A stretch of DNA of 64,000 nt from Escherichia phage vB_VIPECOOM03. The DNA lies in sequence record OQ721911; one strand, given 5' to 3'. Below, piece after piece: positions 1 to 12,997 of this stretch (position 1 is its first letter; every line of letters begins with the position of its first letter). The notes beneath the pieces were generated by a model, which ran no database searches, had not been told where the DNA came from, and saw nothing but the letters and a program-made list of their open reading frames with translations. A program made the position numbers and the translations under genes.

Positions 1-2010
<2,010 letters not shown>

Positions 2011-2037
2011 ATTAAAGCATATTAAAGAGGATTAAAA

Positions 2038-4017
2038 ATGACTTTATTATCTCCGGGCATTGAGCTCAAAGAAACTACGGTTCAAAGCACCGTGGTTAAT
2101 AACTCTACTGGTACAGCAGCTCTGGCCGGTAAATTCCAGTGGGGTCCTGCTTTTCAAATTAAACAGGTTACAAATGAAGTAGATTTAGTTAATACTTTTG
2201 GTCAACCTACAGCTGAAACTGCTGACTATTTTATGTCTGCAATGAATTTCTTACAATACGGAAATGATTTGCGAGTTGTGCGTGCTGTCGATAGAGATAC
2301 CGCTAAAAACTCATCTCCAATTGCCGGTAATATTGAATACACTATTTCTACCCCAGGTAGTAACTACGCGGTTGGAGATAAAATCACGGTTAAGTATGTT
2401 TCAGAAGACATTGAAACAGAATGTAAAGTTACCGAAGTAGATGCTGATGGAAAAATTAAGAAAATTAATATTCCTACCGCAAAAATTATCGCTAAAGCGA
2501 AAGAAGTAGGCGAATATCCAGAATTAGGTTCTAACTGGACCGCGGAAATTTCTTCGTCTTCCTCTGGTTTAGCTGCGGTAATAACTCTTGGAAAAATTAT
2601 TACTGATTCTGGTATTTTATTAGCTGAAATTGAAAATGCCGAAGCTGCTATGACAGCGGTTGAATTTCAAACAAATCTCGAAAAATATGGAATTCCAGGA
2701 GTAGTAGCTCTTTATCCAGGCGAGTTGGGCGATAAAATCGAAATTGAAATCGTATCTAAAGCTGACTACGCAAAAGGGGCTTCTGCATTACTTCCAATTT
2801 ATCCAGGTGGCGGAACCCGCGCATCTACTGCCAAGGCAGTGTTTGGATATGGACCACAAACTGATTCACAATACGCTATTATAGTTCGTCGCAATGATGC
2901 TATTGTTCAAAGTATTGTTCTTTCAACAAAGCGTGGTGAAAAAGACATTTACGATAGTAACATCTATATTGATGACTTTTTCGCAAAAGGTGGTTCAGAA
3001 TATATTTTCGCAACTGCACAAAACTGGCCAGAAGGCTTCTCTGGAATTTTAACTCTATCTGGTGGATTATCATCAAATGCTGAAGTAACAGCAGGAGATT
3101 TGATGGAAGCCTGGGACTTCTTTGCTGACCGTGAATCTGTTGACGTTCAGTTGTTTATTGCGGGTTCTTGTGCCGGTGAATCTTTAGAAACAGCATCTAC
3201 TGTCCAAAAACACGTCGTTTCAATTGGGGATGCTCGCCAAGATTGCTTAGTATTGTGCTCACCACCGCGTGAAACTGTTGTTGGAATTCCTGTAACTCGT
3301 GCTGTCGATAACTTAGTCAATTGGAGAACTGCAACTGGTTCATACACTGATAATAACTTTAATATCAGTTCAACCTACGCAGCAATTGATGGTAACTACA
3401 AGTATCAGTATGACAAATATAATGATGTGAATCGTTGGGTTCCATTAGCAGCTGATATTGCTGGTTTATGCGCAAGAACTGATAACGTTTCTCAGACTTG
3501 GATGTCTCCAGCTGGTTATAATCGTGGTCAGATTCTTAACGTTATTAAACTTGCTATTGAAACTCGTCAGGCTCAGCGCGACCGTTTATATCAAGAAGCT
3601 ATCAACCCAGTAACTGGTACAGGTGGTGATGGTTACGTATTGTATGGTGATAAAACAGCTACTTCTGTTCCTTCTCCATTTGATCGTATTAACGTTCGTC
3701 GTCTGTTTAATATGTTGAAAACGAATATCGGACGTAGTTCAAAATATCGTTTGTTCGAATTAAACAACGCGTTTACTCGTTCATCGTTCCGCACAGAAAC
3801 TTCCCAGTACTTGCAGGGAATTAAAGCTCTCGGTGGAATTTATGAATATCGTGTAGTTTGCGATACAACAAATAACACTCCGTCAGTAATTGATAGAAAT
3901 GAGTTTGTTGCAACATTCTACATTCAACCGGCGCGCAGTATAAATTATATTACTTTGAATTTCGTCGCAACTGCTACTGGTGCAGATTTCGATGAATTAA
4001 CTGGTCTTGCAGGTTAA
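2038..4017 (+). CDS. 18: Tail sheath protein gp18
   Basis: 659-aa ORF, same length as T4 gp18; position between gp17 and gp19; good RBS (AAAGAGGA). Confidence 0.93.
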   Translation: MTLLSPGIELKETTVQSTVVNNSTGTAALAGKFQWGPAFQIKQVTNEVDLVNTFGQPTAETADYFMSAMNFLQYGNDLRVVRAVDRDTAKNSSPIAGNIEYTISTPGSNYAVGDKITVKYVSEDIETECKVTEVDADGKIKKINIPTAKIIAKAKEVGEYPELGSNWTAEISSSSSGLAAVITLGKIITDSGILLAEIENAEAAMTAVEFQTNLEKYGIPGVVALYPGELGDKIEIEIVSKADYAKGASALLPIYPGGGTRASTAKAVFGYGPQTDSQYAIIVRRNDAIVQSIVLSTKRGEKDIYDSNIYIDDFFAKGGSEYIFATAQNWPEGFSGILTLSGGLSSNAEVTAGDLMEAWDFFADRESVDVQLFIAGSCAGESLETASTVQKHVVSIGDARQDCLVLCSPPRETVVGIPVTRAVDNLVNWRTATGSYTDNNFNISSTYAAIDGNYKYQYDKYNDVNRWVPLAADIAGLCARTDNVSQTWMSPAGYNRGQILNVIKLAIETRQAQRDRLYQEAINPVTGTGGDGYVLYGDKTATSVPSPFDRINVRRLFNMLKTNIGRSSKYRLFELNNAFTRSSFRTETSQYLQGIKALGGIYEYRVVCDTTNNTPSVIDRNEFVATFYIQPARSINYITLNFVATATGADFDELTGLAG

Positions 4018-4032
4018 TACGGTGCATTCTAA

Positions 4033-4050
4033 AGGCCTGTTTCGGCAGGC
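4033..4050 (+). terminator. Stem-loop after gene 18 (GGCCTG-tttcgg-CAGGCC), possible attenuator
   Basis: Perfect 6-bp inverted repeat immediately 3' of gene 18; no clear U-run, so role uncertain. Confidence 0.35.
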
Positions 4051-4052
4051 CA

Positions 4053-4060
4053 TATAAATA
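4053..4060 (+). promoter_or_regulatory. T4-type late promoter (TATAAATA), distal copy for gene 19
   Basis: Exact TATAAATA in the 18/19 intergenic region. Confidence 0.6.
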
Positions 4061-4111
4061 CACTATATCCTTAATTCTTTAATTCTATATGCCCTAGGTT
4101 AAACATAGGGA

Positions 4112-4119
4112 TATAAATA
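4112..4119 (+). promoter_or_regulatory. T4-type late promoter (TATAAATA), proximal copy for gene 19
   Basis: Exact TATAAATA about 15 bp upstream of gene 19 ATG. Confidence 0.65.
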
Positions 4120-4133
4120 CTACAGAGGCTAAT

Positions 4134-4625
4134 ATGTTTGTAGATGATGTAACACGAGCGTTTGAATCTGGTGATTTTGCTCGACCTAACTTATTCCAAG
4201 TAGAAATTTCTTATCTTGGACAAAATTTTACGTTTCAATGTAAAGCCACTGCTTTACCAGCTGGTATTGTAGAAAAAATTCCAGTCGGATTTATGAACCG
4301 TAAAATTAACGTAGCAGGCGATCGTACATTCGATGACTGGACTATTACAGTAATGAATGACGAGGCGCATGATGCACGTCAGAAGTTTGTTGACTGGCAA
4401 AGCATTGCTGCTGGGCAAGGGAACGAAATTACTGGTGGAAAACCAGCAGAGTATAAAAAGAGCGCTATTGTTCGCCAATATGCTCGTGACGCTAAAACTG
4501 TAACAAAAGAAGTCGAAATTAAAGGCCTGTGGCCTACTAACGTGGGTGAACTTCAATTAGATTGGGATTCAAACAATGAAATCCAAACCTTTGAAGTAAC
4601 TCTCGCTCTCGATTATTGGGAATAA
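4134..4625 (+). CDS. 19: Tail tube protein gp19
   Basis: 163-aa ORF, same length as T4 gp19; follows sheath gene. Confidence 0.92.
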   Translation: MFVDDVTRAFESGDFARPNLFQVEISYLGQNFTFQCKATALPAGIVEKIPVGFMNRKINVAGDRTFDDWTITVMNDEAHDARQKFVDWQSIAAGQGNEITGGKPAEYKKSAIVRQYARDAKTVTKEVEIKGLWPTNVGELQLDWDSNNEIQTFEVTLALDYWE

Positions 4626-4657
4626 AATGAATGGGGAGAAATCCCCATCCTGCTTAA

Positions 4658-6282
<1,625 letters not shown>

Positions 6283-6283
<1 letters not shown>

Positions 6284-6531
6284 TGGAAGGTTTAATTGAA
6301 GCTATTAAATCAAACGACCTCGTAGCCGCTCGTAAATTCTTTGCTGAAGCCATGGCTGCAAGAACGATTGATTTAATTAAAGAAGAAAAAATCGCTATCG
6401 CTCGTAATTTCTTAATCGAAGGTGAAGAACCTGATGATGAGGATGACGAAGACGAGGATGATGACGAAGATAGCGATGATAAAGACGACAAAAAAGACAA
6501 AGACTCTGACGAAGACGAGGATGATGAATAA
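6283..6531 (+). CDS. 67: Prohead core protein gp67 with strongly acidic C-terminal tail
   Basis: 82-aa ORF between portal and gp68, overlapping both by ATGA-type junctions; C-terminus is a D/E-rich run ([19 protein letters not shown]...). Confidence 0.88.
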
Positions 6532-6956
6532 TGCTTCTGATCCCTGAAACTCATGAATTAGTTCTCGAGAATGTCGAAGCACTTATTCCTGAAGCACAGG
6601 GTCGCTTTGACGAATTGTCTTCTGCTTTAAATAAAGACGATATAAATACAATTATCGAGAATATGCTTGATGATGAAACTGATTTAGCAATTGCATTAGC
6701 TTCTATTAATGAAGATATGCCGCTAAATGAATTCATTGTTAAGCATGTTTCAGCTCGTGGTGAAATTACACGTACTAAAGACCGCAAAACGCGCGAACGT
6801 AATGCATTTCAAACCACTGGGCTGTCTAAAGCAAAACGTAGACAAATTGCTCGCAAAGCTACCAAAACGAAGATTGCCAATCCAGCAGGTCAATCTCGTG
6901 CTCAGCGTAAGCGTAAAAAAGCTCTTAAACGCCGTAAAGCATTAGGATTAAGCTAA
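6531..6956 (+). CDS. 68: Prohead core protein gp68
   Basis: 141-aa ORF, same size and position as T4 gp68; basic C-terminal tail. Confidence 0.88.
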   Translation: MLLIPETHELVLENVEALIPEAQGRFDELSSALNKDDINTIIENMLDDETDLAIALASINEDMPLNEFIVKHVSARGEITRTKDRKTRERNAFQTTGLSKAKRRQIARKATKTKIANPAGQSRAQRKRKKALKRRKALGLS

Positions 6957-7594
6957 TGAATGAACCCCAATTACTAATTGAAACTTGGGGTCAACCTGGC
7001 GAAATTATTGATGGTGTGCCAATGCTTGAATCCCACGATGGAAAAGACTTAGGTTTAAAACCTGGTTTATACATCGAAGGAATATTCATGCAAGCGGAAG
7101 TCGTCAATAGAAATAAACGTCTTTATCCAAAACGCATATTAGAAAAAGCGGTAAAAGACTATATCAATGAGCAAGTTTTAACTAAACAAGCTCTCGGAGA
7201 ATTAAATCATCCTCCACGCGCTAATGTTGACCCGATGCAAGCCGCTATCATTATAGAAGATATGTGGTGGAAAGGAAATGACGTATACGGACGAGCTCGT
7301 GTTATTGAAGGTGACCATGGTCCTGGAGATAAATTAGCAGCTAATATTCGTGCCGGATGGATTCCAGGAGTTTCTTCTCGTGGATTAGGTTCATTGACTG
7401 ACACAAATAAAGGTTATCGTATCGTAAACGAAGGATTCAAATTAACTGTAGGTGTTGATGCAGTATGGGGTCCAAGTGCTCCAGATGCATGGGTAACTCC
7501 TAAGGAAATTACCGAATCACAGACGGCGGAAGCCGATACAAGTGCCGATGACGCCTATATGGCTCTCGCAGAGGCCATGAAAAAAGCGTTATAA
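6956..7594 (+). CDS. 21: Prohead core scaffold protease gp21
   Basis: 212-aa ORF, same size and position as T4 gp21. Confidence 0.92.
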   Translation: MNEPQLLIETWGQPGEIIDGVPMLESHDGKDLGLKPGLYIEGIFMQAEVVNRNKRLYPKRILEKAVKDYINEQVLTKQALGELNHPPRANVDPMQAAIIIEDMWWKGNDVYGRARVIEGDHGPGDKLAANIRAGWIPGVSSRGLGSLTDTNKGYRIVNEGFKLTVGVDAVWGPSAPDAWVTPKEITESQTAEADTSADDAYMALAEAMKKAL

Positions 7595-7597
7595 ATA
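7590..7597 (+). promoter_or_regulatory. T4-type late promoter (TATAAATA) for gene 22
   Basis: Exact TATAAATA overlapping the gene 21 stop, about 28 bp upstream of gene 22 ATG. Confidence 0.65.
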
Positions 7598-7624
7598 TTA
7601 TTATCTAAACAACAGGACTACAAA

Positions 7625-8434
7625 ATGCTTAAAGAACAACTGATTGCTGAAGCGCAAAAAATTGATGCTTCCGTTGCTCTTGATAGTATTTTCGAATCAG
7701 TTAATATTTCTCCGGAAGCAAAAGAAACTTTCGGCACTGTATTCGAAGCTACCGTCAAGCAGCACGCCGTTAAATTAGCTGAATCTCATATCGCTAAAAT
7801 TGCTGAAAAAGCAGAAGAAGAAGTAGAAAAAAATAAAGAAGAAGCCGAAGAAAAAGCTGAGAAGAAAATCGCTGAGCAAGCTTCTAAATTCATTGACCAT
7901 CTTGCGAAAGAATGGCTCGCTGAAAATAAATTAGCAGTTGATAAAGGCATCAAAGCCGAACTGTTTGAATCCATGCTTGGTGGATTAAAAGAGCTCTTTG
8001 TTGAACACAACGTTGTTGTTCCAGAAGAATCAGTTGATGTTGTGGCTGAAATGGAAGAAGAGCTGCAAGAACATAAAGAAGAATCAGCTCGTCTGTTCGA
8101 AGAACTCAATAAGCGTGACGCATATATCAATTATGTGCAGCGTGAAGTGGCATTGAGCGAAAGTACTAAAGATCTGACTGAGTCTCAAAAAGAAAAAGTC
8201 TCTGCTCTGGTCGAAGGTATGGATTATTCAGATGAATTCTCAAATAAATTGAGTGCCATCGTAGAAATGGTGAAGAAGTCTAATAAAGATGAAAGCACTA
8301 TTACTGAGGGTATAAATACTCCTGATACTGAAGCAGCCGGACTGAATTTCGTCACTGAAGCTGTAGAAGATAAAGCTGCACCTGGTGCAGAAGATATTGT
8401 AAGTGTATATGCGAAAGTCGCATCTCGTTTCTAA
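7625..8434 (+). CDS. 22: Major prohead scaffolding core protein gp22
   Basis: 269-aa highly acidic coiled-coil-like protein (E/K-rich), same size and position as T4 gp22. Confidence 0.92.
   Translation: MLKEQLIAEAQKIDASVALDSIFESVNISPEAKETFGTVFEATVKQHAVKLAESHIAKIAEKAEEEVEKNKEEAEEKAEKKIAEQASKFIDHLAKEWLAENKLAVDKGIKAELFESMLGGLKELFVEHNVVVPEESVDVVAEMEEELQEHKEESARLFEELNKRDAYINYVQREVALSESTKDLTESQKEKVSALVEGMDYSDEFSNKLSAIVEMVKKSNKDESTITEGINTPDTEAAGLNFVTEAVEDKAAPGAEDIVSVYAKVASRF
8311..8318 (+). promoter_or_regulatory. T4-type late promoter (TATAAATA) for gene 23, inside 3' end of gene 22
   Basis: Exact TATAAATA about 135 bp upstream of gene 23 ATG; T4 also places the gene 23 late promoter within gene 22. 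Confidence 0.6.
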
Positions 8435-8452
8435 TTTTAAAGGTTAACACAA

Positions 8453-10018
8453 ATGACTATCAAAACTAAAGCTGAACTTTTGAACAAATGGAAGCCATTA
8501 CTGGAAGGTGAAGGTTTACCGGAAATTGCTAATAGCAAACAAGCGATTATCGCTAAAATCTTTGAAAACCAGGAAAAAGATTTCCAGACAGCTCCAGAGT
8601 ACAAAGACGAAAAAATCGCTCAGGCGTTCGGTTCTTTCTTAACAGAAGCTGAAATCGGTGGTGACCACGGTTACAATGCTACTAACATCGCTGCAGGTCA
8701 GACTTCTGGCGCAGTAACTCAGATTGGCCCAGCTGTTATGGGTATGGTACGTCGTGCTATTCCTAACCTGATTGCTTTCGATATTTGCGGTGTTCAGCCG
8801 ATGAACAGCCCGACCGGTCAGGTATTCGCACTGCGCGCAGTATATGGTAAAGACCCAATCGCTGCCGGCGCTAAAGAAGCATTCCACCCAATGTATGGTC
8901 CAGATGCAATGTTCTCTGGTCAGGGTGCTGCTAAGAAATTCGCTGCTTTGAAAGCAAGTGATACTCTTGAAGTTGGAACTATTTACACCCACTTCTTCCA
9001 GGACACCGGTACTGTATATCTGCAAGCTACAGAAGCTAAACAAATTGATTCCACTGCATCTGACGCAGCTAAATTAGATGCTGAAATTAAGAAACAAATG
9101 GAAGCTGGTGTACTGGTAGAAATCGCTGAAGGTATGGCTACTTCTATCGCTGAACTTCAGGAAGGTTTCAACGGTTCTACCGATAACCCATGGAATGAAA
9201 TGGGCTTCCGTATCGATAAACAAGTTATCGAAGCTAAATCTCGTCAGCTGAAAGCTGCTTACTCTATCGAATTAGCACAAGACCTCCGCGCTGTTCACGG
9301 TATGGATGCTGATGCTGAACTGTCTGGTATTCTGGCTACCGAAATCATGCTGGAAATCAACCGCGAAGTTGTTGATTGGATTAACTACTCAGCTCAGGTT
9401 GGTAAATCTGGTATGACCCTGACTCCGGGTTCTAAAGCTGGTGTATTTGACTTCCAGGATCCGATTGATATTCGTGGTGCTCGCTGGGCGGGTGAATCCT
9501 TTAAAGCTCTGTTGTTCCAGATTGACAAAGAAGCAGTTGAAATTGCTCGTCAGACCGGTCGCGGTGAAGGTAACTTCATTATCGCTTCCCGTAACGTAGT
9601 TAACGTTCTGGCTTCAGTTGATACTGGCATTTCTTATGCTGCACAGGGTCTGGCTACCGGCTTTAACACTGATACTACCAAGTCAGTATTTGCGGGTGTT
9701 CTGGGTGGTAAATACCGTGTATATATCGACCAGTATGCTAAACAGGATTATTTCACTGTAGGTTATAAAGGTCCGAACGAAATGGATGCTGGTATTTACT
9801 ATGCTCCATATGTAGCTCTAACTCCGCTGCGTGGTTCCGATCCGAAGAACTTCCAACCAGTAATGGGATTCAAAACTCGTTACGGTATCGGTATCAACCC
9901 ATTTGCAGAATCCGCTGCTCAGGCTCCGGCTTCTCGCATCCAGAGCGGTATGCCTTCTATTCTGAATAGCCTTGGTAAAAACGCTTACTTTAGACGTGTA
10001 TATGTTAAAGGTATCTAA
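8453..10018 (+). CDS. 23: Major capsid protein gp23
   Basis: 521-aa ORF, same length as T4 gp23; strongly biased high-expression codon usage; followed by a strong terminator. Confidence 0.95.
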   Translation: MTIKTKAELLNKWKPLLEGEGLPEIANSKQAIIAKIFENQEKDFQTAPEYKDEKIAQAFGSFLTEAEIGGDHGYNATNIAAGQTSGAVTQIGPAVMGMVRRAIPNLIAFDICGVQPMNSPTGQVFALRAVYGKDPIAAGAKEAFHPMYGPDAMFSGQGAAKKFAALKASDTLEVGTIYTHFFQDTGTVYLQATEAKQIDSTASDAAKLDAEIKKQMEAGVLVEIAEGMATSIAELQEGFNGSTDNPWNEMGFRIDKQVIEAKSRQLKAAYSIELAQDLRAVHGMDADAELSGILATEIMLEINREVVDWINYSAQVGKSGMTLTPGSKAGVFDFQDPIDIRGARWAGESFKALLFQIDKEAVEIARQTGRGEGNFIIASRNVVNVLASVDTGISYAAQGLATGFNTDTTKSVFAGVLGGKYRVYIDQYAKQDYFTVGYKGPNEMDAGIYYAPYVALTPLRGSDPKNFQPVMGFKTRYGIGINPFAESAAQAPASRIQSGMPSILNSLGKNAYFRRVYVKGI

Positions 10019-10033
10019 TCTTTGACGATTTAA

Positions 10034-10049
10034 GGGACCTTCGGGTCCC
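10034..10049 (+). terminator. Rho-independent terminator after gene 23 (GGGACC-ttcg-GGTCCC + T-run)
   Basis: Perfect 6-bp GC stem with UUCG tetraloop followed by T-rich run. Confidence 0.8.
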
Positions 10050-10066
10050 TTTAGTTGTTTTTATGG

Positions 10067-10074
10067 TATAAATA
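10067..10074 (+). promoter_or_regulatory. T4-type late promoter (TATAAATA) for gene 24
   Basis: Exact TATAAATA about 28 bp upstream of gene 24 ATG. Confidence 0.7.
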
Positions 10075-10101
10075 AATCATATAAACCAAAAGGAAAGCGC
10101 A

Positions 10102-11385
10102 ATGGCTAAAATCAACGAACTTCTGCGCGAATCAACCACAACGAATAGCAACTCAATCGGTCGCCCAAATCTCGTTGCTTTGACTCGCGCTACCACTAAA
10201 TTAATATATTCTGACATTGTAGCAACGCAAAGAACTAATCAACCTGTTGCTGCTTTTTATGGTATCAAATACCTTAACCCAGATAACGAATTTACGTTTA
10301 AAACTGGTGCTACTTACGCTGGCGAAGCTGGATATGTAGACCGAGAACAAATCACAGAATTAACAGAAGAGTCTAAATTAACTCTCAATAAAGGCGATTT
10401 ATTCAAATATAATAATATCGTTTATAAAGTATTAGAAGATACACCATTTGCTACCATTGAAGAAAGTGATTTAGAATTAGCTCTTCAGATTGCAATTGTT
10501 CTTTTAAAGGTTCGTCTATTTTCTGACGCAGCGTCAACAAGCAAATTTGAAAGCTCTGATAGTGAAATTGCTGATGCTAGATTCCAGATTAATAAATGGC
10601 AAACCGCGGTTAAATCTCGTAAACTTAAAACTGGCATCACAGTTGAATTAGCACAAGATTTAGAAGCAAATGGATTCGATGCTCCTAATTTCTTGGAAGA
10701 TTTGCTTGCAACTGAAATGGCGGATGAAATCAATAAAGATATTCTACAGTCTTTGATTACAGTATCAAAACGCTATAAAGTTACAGGAATTACTGATACT
10801 GGATTTATTGATTTGAGTTATGCATCTGCGCCTGAAGCTGGTCGTTCATTATACCGAATGGTGTGTGAAATGGTTTCGCATATCCAAAAAGAATCAACTT
10901 ATACTGCAACGTTCTGTGTTGCTTCAGCTCGTGCCGCTGCGATTCTTGCTGCATCAGGTTGGTTAAAACATAAACCAGAAGATGACAAATATCTTTCACA
11001 AAATGCCTACGGGTTCTTAGCTAATGGTTTACCGCTTTATTGCGATACTAACAGCCCATTAGATTATGTAATCGTTGGTGTAGTAGAAAATATCGGTGAA
11101 AAAGAAATTGTTGGATCAATTTTCTATGCTCCGTATACAGAAGGTCTTGACTTAGATGACCCTGAACATGTAGGTGCATTTAAAGTTGTAGTTGATCCAG
11201 AAAGCTTACAACCATCTATCGGTTTATTGGTTAGATATGCTTTATCTGCAAATCCTTACACTGTAGCAAAAGATGAAAAAGAAGCAAGAATAATTGATGG
11301 TGGAGACATGGATAAAATGGCGGGTCGTTCAGATTTGTCTGTTTTATTAGGTGTTAAATTACCAAAAATTATCGTCGATGAATAA
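10102..11385 (+). CDS. 24: Capsid vertex protein gp24
   Basis: 427-aa ORF, same length as T4 gp24; gp23 paralog position. Confidence 0.93.
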   Translation: MAKINELLRESTTTNSNSIGRPNLVALTRATTKLIYSDIVATQRTNQPVAAFYGIKYLNPDNEFTFKTGATYAGEAGYVDREQITELTEESKLTLNKGDLFKYNNIVYKVLEDTPFATIEESDLELALQIAIVLLKVRLFSDAASTSKFESSDSEIADARFQINKWQTAVKSRKLKTGITVELAQDLEANGFDAPNFLEDLLATEMADEINKDILQSLITVSKRYKVTGITDTGFIDLSYASAPEAGRSLYRMVCEMVSHIQKESTYTATFCVASARAAAILAASGWLKHKPEDDKYLSQNAYGFLANGLPLYCDTNSPLDYVIVGVVENIGEKEIVGSIFYAPYTEGLDLDDPEHVGAFKVVVDPESLQPSIGLLVRYALSANPYTVAKDEKEARIIDGGDMDKMAGRSDLSVLLGVKLPKIIVDE

Positions 11386-11391
11386 AACAAA

Positions 11392-11412
11392 GGGACCGAA
11401 AGGTCCCTTTTT
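11392..11412. terminator. Bidirectional terminator between gene 24 (+) and rnlB (-)
   Basis: GGGACC-gaaa-GGTCCC hairpin flanked by A-run upstream and T-run downstream, sitting between convergent genes. Confidence 0.8.
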
Positions 11413-11414
11413 AT

Positions 11415-12419
11415 TTAACTTACCAATTCAATCCAAGCCGGACGAAGTACATCTTGTACCATTTTAACTAATTCCTTTTTAATCAAAGAAGGATTATCCG
11501 CTTGAGTTAAAGTAATACCTTCACGAGAAGTTTCTTCCAAAATATCTTGAACAGTTAGTCCCATCACCTTTCCAAAATCCTTTGGACCAATTTCGCCAAT
11601 TTTAGAAATAACGTTATTTACTCGGTTCAGTGTAACGTAGCAAGCTAAAATTCCCAGCAATTTATTATCAGCTTCTGACAGCTCAACTTTAGCTTTAATA
11701 GGCTTATCAGACTTTTTCTTTTCGCTAAATTTAGAGTTCTTGCATTTAATCGCTACACGATTGCCATTAGGCATCCAAGAAGGATAACAAGGTTTCAATA
11801 CATATCCTTCAGCAGTAAATACTTCGCCTTTTGCTTCGGCATTCCAAACGCATTTATTTGCATCAACTAATCCAGCGTGGTCTACCGTAAAATTATAATC
11901 CTGGACGACAGAATCTAAATCATTTGGCAATTTAATAAGGTCTTCAAATTTACCACGACCTAAAAGTGGAGCCATTTTAAATTTAAATGTATTACAGAAT
12001 GATTCCATCATATAATCATCGACATAAGTCACATCACCACTTTCGGTAGTAACAATAATGTCAAATACATAAAAATCTTTATCGCCATAATCGACATTCT
12101 TCTGAATGCCAGGTCCAGCAAATTCACCGAAGACTTGATAAGATACAACTGCTGAAGTTTCCATAATATCTTGTACTGCTTTAATGGAATCAGCATAATT
12201 CTTTAAAATAATTTCATACCCAAAGAAATCTTCAGCAGGAAGAATCAGTCCAGTACGTTTAGCACAAGTTGCTTTATCACGCTCAATAATCAATGAAAAG
12301 TTTGTACCGTGAATCTTTTCACGAGCTACCCATTCGCCACCAGTCAATCCTAAACTGTAAAGTTTTTCAATGAATTTAGAATTGTAATGATTTTCAAGAC
12401 TGCTATACTTTTTAAACAT
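11415..12419 (-). CDS. rnlB: RNA ligase 2 (Rnl2)
   Basis: 334-aa ORF; N-terminus [20 protein letters not shown]... with ligase KxHGxN motif (EKIHGTNFS); same length as T4 Rnl2. Confidence 0.93.
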   Translation of the reverse strand: MFKKYSSLENHYNSKFIEKLYSLGLTGGEWVAREKIHGTNFSLIIERDKATCAKRTGLILPAEDFFGYEIILKNYADSIKAVQDIMETSAVVSYQVFGEFAGPGIQKNVDYGDKDFYVFDIIVTTESGDVTYVDDYMMESFCNTFKFKMAPLLGRGKFEDLIKLPNDLDSVVQDYNFTVDHAGLVDANKCVWNAEAKGEVFTAEGYVLKPCYPSWMPNGNRVAIKCKNSKFSEKKKSDKPIKAKVELSEADNKLLGILACYVTLNRVNNVISKIGEIGPKDFGKVMGLTVQDILEETSREGITLTQADNPSLIKKELVKMVQDVLRPAWIELVS

Positions 12420-12428
12420 AATTAATCC

Positions 12429-12707
12429 TCAAAATGTAATTTCTAACCAATCACCATCACGCTGGTCACTATTGACTTTAAAGCTAAATCCTTCTTTTCT
12501 CAGCCAATCACCAATTTCTTCAGTAATCAATTTATCGCGAGCAGTACAATAATAACTAAAATATGTTTTACCTTGTTCAGCTGCTTTATTAGCAAGTTCC
12601 GAAAAATCTTTAATAAAACACTCTAGTTTAAACTGTTTACTTTTAAGTGCTTTTTCGCGCAATTGATTAGCAAAAGATTCATTTTCATAAAGATCATACT
12701 GTTCCAT
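12429..12707 (-). CDS. Hypothetical protein (positional equivalent of T4 24.2)
   Basis: 92-aa ORF in the rnlB-hoc interval, co-oriented and tightly packed. Confidence 0.6.
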   Translation of the reverse strand: MEQYDLYENESFANQLREKALKSKQFKLECFIKDFSELANKAAEQGKTYFSYYCTARDKLITEEIGDWLRKEGFSFKVNSDQRDGDWLEITF

Positions 12708-12909
12708 TTTTCACCTTTTTATTAATATGTCTTTTTCTATAGACAACTTTTTCTCGAGTCTCAAATTTATTCTTAGCAGTCATAGCTCGAGCCCATAATA
12801 CAGCCACTTCCTTTGCCTGTAAGTTCAATTCACGAGCAATTTCAATGAATGACTTTCCAGACTCATGGAGTGTAAACACCACAACCTCAGTTCTCATAAT
12901 CAATCTCAT
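12694..12909 (-). CDS. Small basic protein with predicted helix-turn-helix (positional equivalent of T4 24.3)
   Basis: 71-aa ORF; segment SGKSFIEIARELNLQAKEVAVLWARA resembles an HTH DNA-binding unit. Confidence 0.55.
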   Translation of the reverse strand: MRLIMRTEVVVFTLHESGKSFIEIARELNLQAKEVAVLWARAMTAKNKFETREKVVYRKRHINKKVKNGTV

Positions 12910-12978
12910 GTTATCGAGTTGGTGCCATTATATACATCGTTTTCTGACTATGTTTTGCGTGCTTTCAAAATGAAGAAA

Positions 12979-12992
12979 GGGGCCGAAGCCCC
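12979..12992 (-). terminator. Terminator hairpin downstream of hoc (GGGGC-cgaa-GCCCC)
   Basis: GC stem with tetraloop; on the minus strand it is followed by a T-rich tract. Confidence 0.65.
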
Positions 12993-12997
12993 TGAGA

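Noticed and set aside
7786-8130. 114-aa minus-strand ORF inside gene 22
   Set aside because: Antisense to the E/K-rich scaffold gene; low-complexity Ser-rich translation, no start context; spurious.
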